A stretch of 64,000 nucleotides of DNA, from contig NW_025764891.1 of assembly GCF_003918875.1 (NCBI RefSeq), positions 9,052,001-9,116,000 on the forward strand. The letters run 5' to 3'. Below the pieces are notes generated by a model that had not been told where the DNA came from, searched no databases, and saw only the letters and a list, made by a program, of their open reading frames with translations. Below, in pieces: positions 38,595 to 51,380 of the stretch; positions within the stretch are counted from its first letter, which is position 1, and the number at the start of each line of letters is the position of its first letter. A program made the translations under genes and the position numbers. This stretch comes from Haliotis rubra. Taxonomy: Eukaryota.

Positions 38595-41500
38595 CTACTC
38601 ATATCCTGGTAAGGGAACTATCATTTTGGTAAGCGCGTCTGGAGGTTGGGATGTCAGCTTAGCATGCCAATACGCTTCATTGAAATACAGATACATATGG
38701 TGATGGTCTTTCTGGCGCAAATGCTTGAAATACGAAATCAGCCTCTGGGCCAAGACTGGGTCTCCATCAGCGCCGAATATCTCCGTGTGGTTGCCCAGAT
38801 ATTCAGGCCTATGTGTGTAGGCGATGGCCAGATCGTAGGTTGGTTGAAAGTCGGGATAGAATCTCACGCCGAGATCATAGAGTGCTTGAAATGCCCGCTG
38901 AACAAAGCTGCCACAGGTCCAGGTGTCCGTCCAGTAGGGGCCATCTAGAATGAAATGTAGGTGTGATTAGTGCCATGTCCAATAAAAACACATAGTTTGG
39001 TTTTTTATTACGTCGCACTCAGCAACATTCCAGCTCCTTTGCAGCAGTCAGTAAATAATGAAGTCTGGACCAGAAAACCCAGTGATAAACAGCATGAACA
39101 TCGATCTACGCAATTTGGATACGATGACATGTGCCAACCAAGTCAGCAAGCCTGACCACCCGATTCCGTTAGTGGTCTCTACGACAAGCATGGGTTACTG
39201 AAGACCAATTCTAACCCGGATTTTCACGGGTCAGCTCATCTGTGAATCGTGGTAGGTCATGCAAATCGATTTTAAAGGGCATACTTTTGCGTATTGTACT
39301 CGCCATCTGATTGGTTATACCTAGTAGCGTAGCTAATCAAATTGACAAACAGAAATCAAATAAAGGTAACTTGAGATTGTTAGAACCACGTGAATGGATC
39401 TACGGCTTAGAGTAGGATGATGCTCACCTCTGGAACGCATCAGATATGCCGTGTCGCCATAGATACCAGTATTGTTGTCCCACGTGACCCAGTGGGAGAA
39501 AGCACTGATGATTTTGCCTGAAAAGATGTTTCCATTAAAACATTAATCAGGTGAGATAATGAAAAGAATATAACTGGACTTATTCCACCCCTTCACTCAC
39601 TCATTTTCAGGCAGAAAACCAACACATATTGGCACATTATTTATAAGCAATACATCCTTACCTGAGAATATAGTATTTACCACTTCCTCAGTGGTGATGA
39701 AGACCACGTCATTCGTCAGTTATCGCCAAAACCCGGAGAGTTAATATGCTGATGAGGGTCAGGTAACAGAGGTACCATAAGTCACCATAATGGTGATCTA
39801 CGTTAAGTTGATGGCTATCTGAAGCCTTTTTCTGTTTTGAATAGTGCAGTCGCAGTTATGACCTTTTAATGTCCTAATGCTAGTGTATATATATCAACTT
39901 TACGAAGATCACCATAATGGTGACTTTGGGGACTTATGGTGCCTCTGTTTGATTGCGATCTGTTTGGTTGTAACATAATGGTGATCTACGTTAAGTTGAT
40001 TGCTATCTGAAGCCTTTTTCTGTTTTGAATAGTGCAGTCGCAGTTATGACCTTTTAATGTCCTTATGCTAGTGTATATATATCAACTTAACGATGATCAC
40101 CATAATGGTGACTTTGGGGAATTATGGTGCCTCTGTTTGATTGCGATATGTTTGGTTGTAACATAATGGTGATCTACGTTAAGTTGATTGCTATCTGAAG
40201 CCTTTTTCTGTTTTGAATAGTGCAGTCGCAATTATGACCTTTTAATGTCCTTATGCTAGTGTATATATATCAACTTAACGAAGATCACCATAATGGTTAC
40301 TTTGGGGACTTATGGTGCCTCTGTTTGATTGTGATCTGTTTGGTTGGCACCATAATGGTGAGTTGAGAGGAAGGTGATTACTTAATGGATGACGTCTTCT
40401 GTATCATATTATGATGTCACTTTTCAGTAAAAGGTCGTATATCTCACTAAGGCGGCTGTGATGGTCTAGTTACAGACATAATCGTAGTTTCTCGCAGTGC
40501 CTCATTAACTAAGCAGGTATGGGTGACAGTATCGGCGCTATGGTGAATCTCATGGACCTACCAGTTGTCTTCGCCACCGGGTGGCGCTCTGTTCCTGGTC
40601 CCCGGAAGTAGCCGGTAAAGTTGTTACTGAAACACGACGCGCCTTGGTTACACCAGAGCAACGAATCATCCTCCAGCACCGTGGGTCGGCTCCAGTTCAG
40701 AACGCCGAACAGAGGGGACCAGTCCAAGGTGTAGTTGAAGCCAGTGTTGAGGTTGTGCAGGCCCATGCCGGCGTGATGAGGCATCTAAAGTGAATTAGCG
40801 AGTAAGTGTGTGAGTTGGTTTGGTTTCAAACCGTGCTTAGATCAGTGTGTGTTATCTGAACAGGATAGATTGGCCACTGTCAATCATGTGTAGCATCTGG
40901 GTACAGTGCTTTCCCCGATACAAGGTGGTTTACTGGCAATAGAATACCAGTTTGTATCCGTGTCGAACTTTTCGAATTTCGTGTTCGTTCGTAGCGCCAC
41001 CAATGGCGCGTTGCTACTTATGCCCCTTTTATGTCCTTCCTATTAACAACTCAGATTTCACCTGTCATGTTACTTGCATATTGGTCTAACAAAATGGCGG
41101 CTCCCAGTCAAGACGGTCCGATCGAAAATCAAGATCTACAGACTGTATATTGTAATGAAACGCGTATTACTTTGCGAAGTGCATCAACTTACTTTAGCAC
41201 CTTGATTAAAAACATGAAAAATGGGAAAATATCTGTCGACACCTCGTTGACGGGATTCATGTTTTGCAAATCGTGAGGATGTTCAGGGGTCGCGTGTGCC
41301 TATGAGTGAGTGAGTTTTAGTTTTACGCCGCACCCAGCAATATTCCAGCTATACCGGGGCGGGCTTAGGATAGAGTCGACTAACCAATAGTTGCTATCAC
41401 CGATGAGTAACATCTGGATACAGAATTGGTGGTTCGATCGGCCCTTCTTTGTCCTTCCTACTGACCAATCAGATTTCACTTATCATAGTACTTGTATTTG

Positions 41501-43986
41501 CTTCCAACAAATGACGGTCTTGATGTATATTGGAATGAAACGAGTATTACCTTGCTAAGTGCATCAAATAATGTCAACACCTTGATTAATAACATGAACA
41601 AAATGACAAAATATCTGTCGACGTCCATTTGACGGGGCAAATGTTTTCCAATTCTGCTATCAACCGAAATCTGCAGGGATGTCTATTTCGTTTGGTGGCT
41701 TAGCTTGGACTATGCATAGACCCGTTAATCCAGCCAGAACATAACTTTCATGAAGGTCAAGCGAAATTCGGCAATGGTGGAAGATGGACTTCCCCTTGCC
41801 TCGGGAAGATGGGTGACACACTATCGGTGAATATTGTAAACGTCTGGCTCAACGTTTTCAATCGTTTACATAGTGTCGGGTTAAGCGTGAGTGAGTGAGT
41901 TTTACGCCGCACTCAGCAATATTCCAGCTGCATGGAGGCGGTCTGTAAATAATCGAGTCTGGACCAGACAATCCAGTGATCAACAGCATGAGCATCGATC
42001 TTCGCAATTGGGAACCGATGACATGTGTCAACCAAGTCAGCGATCCTGACCACCCGATCCCGATCGCCTTTTATGACAAGCATGGGTTGCTGAAGACCAA
42101 TTCCACCCCGGATCTTCACGGGTGGTGGGGTAAGAAGAGACGGGAGGTGTACATGCGAGCTAAGTGTCATTGAGTATACCCCCTTTACAGAGGCTGTATA
42201 GACACAGGACGTTTAGGCGCTGGACACTCAGAATCTGTCCTGTTTTTTTGTGGATGATGTAATACTGTCCCCAAAACTATTTGCAAGAGGGTTAATCAAC
42301 AATTAATGCAGTGTTCTCACCATTCTGTCGGTGCCTGGGGTATGGCTTCCACTTCCACTCATGCTGTAGATCACTATGATGTCGTCGTCATCAAACGTCG
42401 CCATCGGCTCTCCGCCGAAACAGAAGTGTTTTCCCTGTGCATTTTGACAGCGAGGATCCGATTGTGGTCTGCTTTCAAAGCGTCTGGAAATATTGAACCT
42501 GCATCAGCATGGTCAAGAGGTTTGTTTACTTAAGTATTATTTTATCAGTAAATTATCGAGTCAATCGAAAACTCTTTCGGGGTTATATCATCACTATTAC
42601 TGGCCACCTGATCAGTAATGGTTTCTGGTGACCTGTATTGTAACCCGGATGTTTAACAGGATGAGGGTGGGTTTATAGGTAGGGCTTGGACGACAAAATA
42701 AAGGACCGTTCATAATTTATGGCTTAGGTGTGTGTGTGTGTGTGCGCGTGCGTGCGAGCGTGCGTGCGTGCGTGTGTTGTTGGTGAACGGTCCCTAAGAT
42801 ACTTATAAAATAATCGATTCCCTTCTGTTGATTAGTAAGTCCGATGACCTCCTATTTCATGAGGCAAATAATATATATATTAATAATCACGGATAACCCA
42901 AGCTGCTTGTGAGGTGCCAGAGGGTTAATAGTCACATGACATTTCCCACCTGGTACCTATTTTCTGCTGGGTGAACAGAGGCAATTTTGAACAAACTCAC
43001 TTGCCTAAGGTGAGACCATATGTATCACACGTGCTGTTGTAGGGCAGAACTGAAGTTCCAAGAAACTCTTAGGAGTCAAGCTGCCAATGGTCACCCATCC
43101 AAGAATTCTCCGCGCCCAACGATGCTTATCTTCAACTGATTTGTGAATTTGTGAGAGAGGAGTACTATTTGATAAAAGTCTATTGCAACGAGTTGTTTAA
43201 AATATACGACTGAAGCAAGACAAAAGTAACATTTTTTGTTACCCACCCTAAACTCAGGCCTTCAAATGTATGGATACTTAGCCTAATATCCTTATGGCAG
43301 TAGCGCTTGAATACATAAAACAAAGTTCTTGAATGACATCACCCAGCTTCCTGCTTAATACTGATACGTACTGCGACTACCACAAAAAGATTTCAGACAT
43401 GTCTGTAAATTGGCAAGGCAATGATGATAGTAATGGTGGAAACTAGACATGGTAGGTAGGTCAGGACACTTAGCGAAACCTTAGTACTTCCGGTGACAAA
43501 CTACGTTTCATACCTTTTGGAATGGTCTCATGGTTGCCATGTTTGTCGCAAACATGTCCAAGTAACAGTAAAACCTCGTTATCGTGGACATGGTTCGTCC
43601 TCGTTTTCAGGACGATATAGGACATACAGAATTACTGTTTAACTCGAAAATATGTCTTTGATAGCCCAGTCGAAACACCCCTGTGTGAGATGACACATCC
43701 GAGCATGAACCCAGTTCTTCCATAACAAAACAGGACACACAAACACCACCACTGGACTGGTTCCCGGTAATCCGGTTATCCGAAACATGAAAGTGAACGT
43801 AAACGCTGATCGGGACAATTTACAGTGAACTGTACTGTTCGGAAGAACGCGGTTTCATTGCAAACTGTTTTAGAACAACGACTCATGTTTATCTCACCTG
43901 TGTGGTATAACATAGTCAAAACTCCCAGCCTCGGCTGTCGTCCAAAAGATTTCATGAGAAAACAGTATCAGAGCTGTCAGCAACAT
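38595..43986 (-). CDS. CLN5-like paralogue copy 4, complete, 5 exons, 304 aa
   Basis: Exons 43986-43898, 42483-42321, 40784-40562, 39517-39428 and 38944-38595. Sizes (89,163,223,90,350) are identical to copy 3; frame is open; catalytic His, Asp and Cys (WTDTWTCGSF) are retained. Confidence 0.9.
39765..40345. repeat. 188-bp hairpin-like unit in three tandem copies (intron 3 of copy 4)
   Basis: CATAATGGTGATCTACG at 39786, 39974 and 40162; each unit has inverted ends. Confidence 0.88.
42895..43140 (-). mobile_element. Degenerate 5S-rRNA-derived (SINE3-like) element with a CORE-like body
   Basis: Minus strand GAAGATAAGCATCGTTGGGCGCGG...CTTGGATGGGTGACC resembles the 5S internal promoter (A and C boxes), followed by CCTTAGGCAAGT...TGCCTCTGTTCACCCAGCAGAAAATAGGTACC (CORE-like). 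Confidence 0.6.
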
Positions 43987-44041
43987 TGTCGATGCCGGGC
44001 CACAGTAAATTTTGCAATATTGCTATTAAAACACAGAACCC

Positions 44042-44048
44042 TTTTATA
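44042..44048 (-). promoter_or_regulatory. Putative TATA box of CLN5-like copy 4 (equivalents at 32653-32658 and 60000-60006)
   Basis: TATAAAA about 56 bp upstream of the ATG; TATATA and TATAAAT occur at the equivalent position in copies 3 and 5. Confidence 0.5.
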
Positions 44049-44237
44049 GGTAGTACATATGTATAAGGGTAATTAAATATGAATGTAATTAGTTCGCCGG
44101 ACACATCCCACCATGCAGAGCTGCTTGAGTTGACCTGGGCACATCACTGCATGGGTTAATACGAGGGGTGAGTAATAACGTGAACCTCACATATAATAAT
44201 GATAGAGAAATTGTTTGTTGTGGACATTTTATGATGC

Positions 44238-45660
44238 TGAAAACCAAGAAGAATTCGATCTTTTACTTCCGCAGCCCAGTGAGCCTTCCTTCGGTAATTA
44301 TACAAACCATACTGGAGATGGGACTTGCCCCAGGGGAAGGCACAGATGGTCAAACCATCTAAAAACCACACTAATTGAGTGTGCAAAAGCGACAGGATGG
44401 CCTGAAAATCCACGCGTCAATGGCAAAAATCGCTTAAGCTGCATTGGGAAAATACAATGTCAATGTATGCTTACCCGACGGAGCAAAATCTCCGGGACCA
44501 ACTCTGGCAACTTAAGCTTCACATGCGCCGTGAGCCAGTTGAACCCACAACTGGTGCCCGTCAGGAACCTTTGCATGAGCAGAATGCTCAAGTAGCTGCA
44601 GACTCAAAACTCCTTATGGACGTCTGCGGCAACCTCTTTCCTCTTTCTGATGAAAACTGTTCCGGCATAGAGCCAGTTGGCCTCGAAATTTCTGACCCTC
44701 ACTCTTCTTCTTCCTCAGGTAAAAATCCAGTTTACATTTTGATTAACTCAATTTATTATTTGTGATTTACCTTTAACAAATGGAGGCAAATTAAAGAACT
44801 AAAATGTTTTTTCCCAAAAATGAAATTGATTTATTTAATGAAGCTATTTCCCTAAAACTTTCTGCGGACTGTTCGTTACATGAAGTTAATTGTTGTGTCT
44901 ATGCTGCCGCTCGAACTCTAAAGGAACTTCACATCTAATATCTATTGATGATAACAAAAGACCAAAGAAAAAACGGTTTCTAGTAAAACTTAATGAAATT
45001 ACAAGAAACATTTCTGGATAGAGAGCTGTGCCTTAAAATGAGATCGTCAGGGAACCCAATGTCTAAAAGACAAAAGTCAATCTGGAGAAAATTAAAATTT
45101 TTAAATATAGGACAACTTGTTTGAGTATTGAGTACAATAATCTGTATCGAAACGTCGCACTCACAAAATAAAGAAGTTGTAATCCTAAAAAAATTGTTCT
45201 ACATTGTAATATAGGACAACGAAAGAAAATGTACTTCTCCTTACGGGAAAAGTAAAGGTTTGGACTGAGAGAAAGAAGAAAATGGGAAAAGAAGAACAAA
45301 TTCATCAAACAAATAAAAAGGTTAGAAACAATCTGTTTGAGAAGCATTTTTACAGGCAACTCAAAACAAAGGGTAATGGTGAACATGCTGACGGCCTCCG
45401 ATGGATGCCAATGAGAGGTTCTGGAAACAGTTGTGGTCTGTCAAACCTGATCGTGTCCTCTTTGATAAAGCCAATTATAATTATATCATTGAATTTTCTG
45501 TCCCTTTTGACAGCAACGTGATTGACAAGATTCAGGAAAAGTATGCTAAATATGCGTACCTCGCCTTTGAAATGTCTTGCTTTCATCCCAACTATACTGT
45601 CGTCAGACTCCCTACTGTTCTCGGTGCCCTTGGTTTGGTACCTCCTGTTCTTTTGGGGGG
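44238..45660 (+). mobile_element. Internally deleted RLE-type non-LTR retrotransposon (R4/Dong- or NeSL-like)
   Basis: C-terminal KPDRVLFDK...IIEFSVPFDSNV..KIQEKYAKY..LAFEM...VVRLPTVLGALG (PD-(D/E)xK restriction-like endonuclease); N-terminal fragments RHRWS, EVNCCVYAAA and NNLFEKHFYRQL; no RT domain. Confidence 0.65.
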
Positions 45661-45663
45661 TTG

Positions 45664-46060
45664 AGTCCCATCCGGGATTCGAACCCACACCCTCAGAGTC
45701 AGGCACCTAATCGCCAGCACACAAAGTCAGACGCCTAGTGTAATCCCAAATATAACATATGTTACATTTGACCACTTTCTAAAATGGCATTGTGTATTTC
45801 ATAGCTTTCGGCCGTGGGAGCCGTGCCAATTAACACTTATCAGAGGGGTACACAAAGTCCGCAGTCTAGACTACCAGTTATCCGACTTCCATTTTTGTGG
45901 AAGCCGCGGTGGCTGAGCGGTCTAGGCGTCTGACTTTGTGTGCTGGCGATCAGGTGCCTGACTCTGAGTACTAGAATCTGTACTTTACTGAGAAAGTGTA
46001 ATCCCAAATATAACATATGTTACATTTGACCACTTTCTGAAATGGCATTGTGTATTTCAT
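45664..46060. mobile_element. Rearranged fragments of a further tRNA-derived SINE family (related copies at about 53236-53490, 27430-27600 and 2040-2130)
   Basis: GTGGCTGAGCGGTCTAGGCG (A box) at about 45908 on plus; an inverted copy with GGTTCGAATCCC at 45664-45738; shared body GTAATCCCAAATATAACATATGTTACATTTGACC. Confidence 0.6.
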
Positions 46061-46660
46061 ATCTGTCCTCTCGTCATTCAGTTTGAGGTAATTCAGATTC
46101 CTCCAGTGCCGTGTGTCATCAATGCACTGTCCGAGTCTTGTGATGTGGATAGATAGTTCTGCAGTTTGGAAGGAAATATACATATGATTATCATCAGCAT
46201 GGAAGTGGAAGTTCAAAGAATGTTTCTTGATAATATCTCCAATTGTTAGATTGTATAAAGTAAAAAGAAGTGGTCCGAGAACAGAACCCTGAGGAACCCC
46301 ACATTGACTTTTGAATGTGATAGAACGCTTATCTTGAACTTTCACGGACATTGTACGGTCAGAAAGATAATATTTGATCCACTATAGAGCTGCCCACGAA
46401 TGCCAAAGGTGTTTAAGCCTGTTTAGCAATATGGTGTTGTCAGTAGTGTCAACATCAGATGAAAGATCGAGGAGGACAAGAAGTGTAGCTTTCTGTTGCC
46501 CAATGGATGTCATGATATCATTGTAGACCTTCGCAAGAGCTGTCTTAGTACTGTGATTTGACTTGTGTGCAGGCTGATATGTTTCAGTAACATAATTATG
46601 TATCAAATGTTGCTCTAGGTGTGGAGCTATTACTCTCTTAAGACACTTAGACACAAATGA
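46060..46660 (-). mobile_element. CR1/L2-type LINE reverse transcriptase fragment
   Basis: HSTKTALAKVYNDI, LLVLLDLSS.VDTTD, GVPQGSVLGPLLFTLY, HADD, LKLNDERT; frameshifted. Confidence 0.85.
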
Positions 46661-46807
46661 AAGATAAGACCAAGAGAAGATAGTGATATAGGTTGTCTGG
46701 ATGTCATACGGGAATAATCTCCACAACTTGTTAGCATTGATCAATCTCACTGAAATTGTTTCTTTCACTCCGATTAAGTAGTGATGACTTTATGATATTG
46801 TTATATA

Positions 46808-47629
46808 TACTATCCCCAAAAAGAAACGCATAGACCAGAAATCTGTTGCGAAAATGTTGTATTTTCAAACACGTATAACTCGTCCACAAATAGACTTTAG
46901 TACATGAACTTTTACATCAGTTTAGAGAAGGAAATGTCTATACAACCAAGTGGATTATTTTAGATAACGGCCCCGACGTCAGGTCTTCTGGCTCTCAGTC
47001 CAATCTCTATCAACCTGTTCCGTACAGTTAGACCGGATATCCTCCGAAGTCCAGGCACCCTGGCTGCTGTGCTCTCACCCGTGGCCGTACGAACACGCAA
47101 ATGTAGTACCCGGATGACCCGATCTTGGGCTGGAGTGGTGCCTCGAGGTCTGCCTGTACGGGGACAGTCGTTTGTTATACTTGTTTGGTTGTAACGAGCT
47201 GCAAGCCGTGATATCGTGCTCAGACTAACATTCAGACGCCTGGCAACAAAAGATTGCTTATCTCCAGCGTGCATTCTTTCAATGGCGATGTTCTGTGTCG
47301 CATCGTCAAGACGTGGCGTAGTGATTTGACCTGAAACTCCTTCAAAACGAATGCCGATTTCCGAAAGTAATCTGCATTTTATAGCCTGACAGTGCATGCT
47401 CTTTGCTGCACAATTTCAACTGGAAGGTGATTTCTGTTGCGTTGTGGCGATGCCTGTTTAATCCTTGTAAGAAATCGCATCAAAATCAACATTTTCAGGT
47501 AAAGTCGATTTTCTACTTGTGCAATTGTGTAAAATCATGTTATCAACACTTTTGTTACATATTTGGACGATTGTTTGAACACAATAGGTAATTAATAGAT
47601 TTTGTATGCGTTTCTTTTTTGGAATAGTA
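46808..47629 (-). mobile_element. Internally deleted Tc1 transposon
   Basis: TIRs TACTATCCCCAAAAAGAAACGCATA / TATGCGTTTCTTTTTTGGAATAGTA with TA TSD; empty sites at about 47960 and 60450. Encodes only the paired-like HTH (VARRLNVSLSTISR...PRTGRPRGTT...TVRNRL...RARRP). Confidence 0.88.
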
Positions 47630-50449
47630 TATGTGATCAAACGTTACATCAGTAACAGAATGATATATTTTGTTGCATGCTCTAGTCATTCCCTTTGCAT
47701 CAATAACAGTGTGAAGCTATTATCCTCTCAAGACACTTAGACACAAATGAAAGATTAAACCCACAGTTATAGCTATATAGGTTGTCTGGATGTCATACGG
47801 AAATAATCTCCACAACGTTCCGGTCACTTGAGCAAATTGTTTCTTTGTCTGTGACACGTTAGTAAAATAAGCACGGTGAGCATTGATCTGTGAGCATTGA
47901 TCAATCTCACTGAAATTGGTTCGTTCCCTCTGATTCAGTAGTGCTGACGTTATGATATTGTTATATATGTGATCAAACGTTGCATCAGTAACAGAATGTG
48001 TTGACGATGACGTCATTCTGTTTGTTGTCTGTGTCTTACATTGTTGTGTTGTTTACCCTTGAGAGACGCTGTTGTTGCCTGTCACTGACCATGTGATGAT
48101 TGTTGTCAGTCACTGACACTGTTGTAATTGTCAGTGATTTACTCTGCTAGTTGTTTGTGTCTAACAACGTTGTTGTGATTGTCTGTCACTGACGTTGTTG
48201 TTTTGTTTTTGACAACAGATCGTTCTAAAATGTATATACTTAGTGTATTTATAATATTCTGAACTTTTGTGATAACAAAAGCCCTAATTTGACAGTAGAA
48301 GGCATTATGCTAACTATTCTTAAAAAAGAACTCATTTTATTCGGAGTGATTTGCTCAGAGTCTGATAATAAAGTTTTGTTGTGTTTTCTCGATACAGAAC
48401 TCTGTTTTGCCCGTTGTGAGTGACTGTTATTATTGTCTGTCAGAGAACAAACACAATACTGTCAGTGACATTGTTGTGTTTATGGTCTGTCACTAACATC
48501 GTTGTGTTAGTTGTCTGTTAGTGACATTGTGCTGCTTTGTCGTGTCGTAACTGACGTTGTCGTGTTTGCTGTTTGTCACTGGCATTGTTGTGTATTTTGT
48601 TTGCTATTGACATTGTTTGTGTTTGTTGTCTGTTTCTGACACCGTTCTTGTTTATTGTCGTTTAGTCACTTGGGTGTGTTGGTTGTCAAATACTGATGCT
48701 TTCATGTTGATATCATGCGTGGTTTGTCTTTGACTCTCATGGTCGCGTTTTTATCCAAAACCACCATGTTTGGTGGGTCTTTTCCCCACCCCACCTCCCC
48801 CTACCCCCAGAACCTAAAGTTGTCCTGGATGTCTATGACTATTCAAAACTGGGAGGGGGTTGGTTGTTCTGGACAAATGGTTGGCCAAGCCTTGTGATTG
48901 TGCTGGGTGTATATGATTGTAACGGTTATGTTTAATAGCTGTAACTTTCATGGTTATGATGGTCATCCAAGCCTAATGGTTGTATTTGTTGCCCATGACT
49001 CTAATCGTTGTGTTGGTTGTCCATAACAGTTGTTCTGGGTGACTATGACTTTCCTTGTTCTGTTAACTGTTTACGACTGCTATATTTGCGTTTGTTATCT
49101 TTGACTGCCATGGTTGTGTTGGTTGCCCATGACGTCATGGTGTTGTTGGTTGTACAAGACTAACAGTTGTTCTGGATGTCTATGACTGCCCTTGTTCTGT
49201 TGGTTGGTCATGTGTTTGTTATTCTTGACTATGATGGTCCTGCTTGATGTCTAAGACCAAAGGTTCTGTTGTTTGTCTATGACTGTCGCGGTTGTCTGTT
49301 AACAATGACTGTCACATTTGTGTTGGTTGTCCAAGACTAATGGTTCTGTTGGTTGGCTATGACTGTCGCGGTTGTCTGTTAACGATGACTGTCACATTTG
49401 TGTTGCTTGTCCAAGACTAATGGTTCTGTTGGTTGGCTATGACTGTCGCGGTTGTCTGTTAACGATGACTGTCACATTTGTGTTGCTTGTCCAAGACTAA
49501 CGGTTGTATCTGTTGCCCATGACTGTCATTGTTGTGTTGGTTGTACAGGACTGTGGTTGTGCTGGATGTCTATGTGTGTCATAGTTGTGTTGTATGCCTT
49601 TTACTTCAGATATTGTGTTTGTTGTCTACGAGTAGCGTAGTTGTGTTGGTTGTACAAGACCTACGATTGTGAAGGATGTAAACGACTTATGGTTGAGTTG
49701 AACGTCTATTACTGTCATTTTTGTATTGTTGTGTATGACTATTTTGGTTGTGCTTTTATTTAAGACTAATGGTTGTGTTGGTTGTCGATGACAAATGGTT
49801 TTATCTAACCTCACACATAAATGCCGCTTTCTGATTGGCTGAGCGCTCTTCTATTATTTTCAATGTACCCCGCGTACAAGCGAGGTACATTTCAATGTAT
49901 CCCGCTGTCAATGGCAACTCATTTGGTACTTCGCGGTAGTAATTCTTTATCTGGAATTACATTGAATCACGTATGCTGTACGGAAATTACCGATGTTTTG
50001 CGAATGCAAATCGATGGAAGGGAGATAACTCTAAATCTGTTTTTCTTGTCAGCAAAATCTAGCGATGGCTACAAAAAGATTTGTACCCGTGCTTAAAACA
50101 ATTCAAAATTAACATTAAGATGTTCGGTAAGATAAATACGTTGTTCACTGGTCCCTCGTGGCCCATGGGTTGATGTACCCTCGATGTTTGTTTATGTTCC
50201 CTGAGCCCGAAAGGTTGATGTACCCTCGATGTTTGTTTGTAAACAAACATCGAGGGTACATCAACCCATTCCCCCCTCGTGACCAGTGAACAACTTATTA
50301 TGTTGTCTTTCATGACTGTCTTATATCGGTTTTGAATGACTGCCATGGTTGTGTACATTTTTCATTACGATCATTGTTGTGCTGGTTGTCAATGACTGCA
50401 ATGGTTGTGCTGGTGATCCATGACTGTCATGGTTGTGTTAATTGTCGAG

Positions 50450-51380
50450 GACTAATGGTTGAATTTGTTATCCATCACTGTTATCATTCTGTTAGCTGTC
50501 CAATGCTAATGGTTGTGTTGGCTGCCCTATACTAATGGTTGTGTTGGCTGTCCAATACTAATGGTTGTGTTGGCTGCCCTATACTAATGGTTGTGTTGGC
50601 TGTCCAATACTAATGGTTGTGTTGGCTGTCCAATGCTAATGGTTATGTTGGTTGTCCAATACTAATGGTTGTGTTGGTGGTCCATGACTGACATGATTGT
50701 TAGTTGTCTGAGATTAATGGTTGTGTTGGTTGCCCTATACTAATGGTTGTGTTGGCTATCCAATAATAATGGTTGTGTTGGCTGTCCAAGAATAATGGTT
50801 GTGTTCGCTGTCCAATACTAATGGTTATGTTGGTTGCCCTATACTAATGGTTGTGTTGGCTATCCAATAATAATGGCTGTGTTGGCTGTCCAAGAATAAT
50901 GGTTGTGTTGGCTATCCAATAATAATGGTTGTGTTGGCTGTCAAACACTAATGGTTGTGTTGGCTGTCCAATACTAATGGTTGTGTTGGCTGCCCAATAG
51001 TAATGGTTGTGTTGGCTTCCCTATACTAATGGTTGTATTTGTTATCCATCAATGTCATGGTTCTGTTAGCTGTCCAATACCAATGGTTGTGTTGGCTGCC
51101 CTATACTAATGGTTGTGTTGGCTGTTCAATGCTAATGTTTGTGTTGGATGTCCAATGCTAATGGTTATGTTGGTTGTCCAATGCTAATGGTTGTGTTGGC
51201 TGTCCAATGCTAATGGTTGTGTTGGCTGTCCAATGCTAATGGTTGTGTTGGTTGCCCAATAATAATGGTTGTGTTGACTGTCCAATACTAATAGTTGTGT
51301 TGGTGGTCCATGATTGTGTTAGTTGTCTGAGATTAGTGGTTGTGTTGGCTGCCCGATACTAATGGTTGTGTTGGAGGCCA
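50450..51380. repeat. 26-bp minisatellite within a wider degenerate GTT-rich region (48000-51400)
   Basis: ACTAATGGTTGTGTTGGCTGTCCAAT. Confidence 0.9.
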
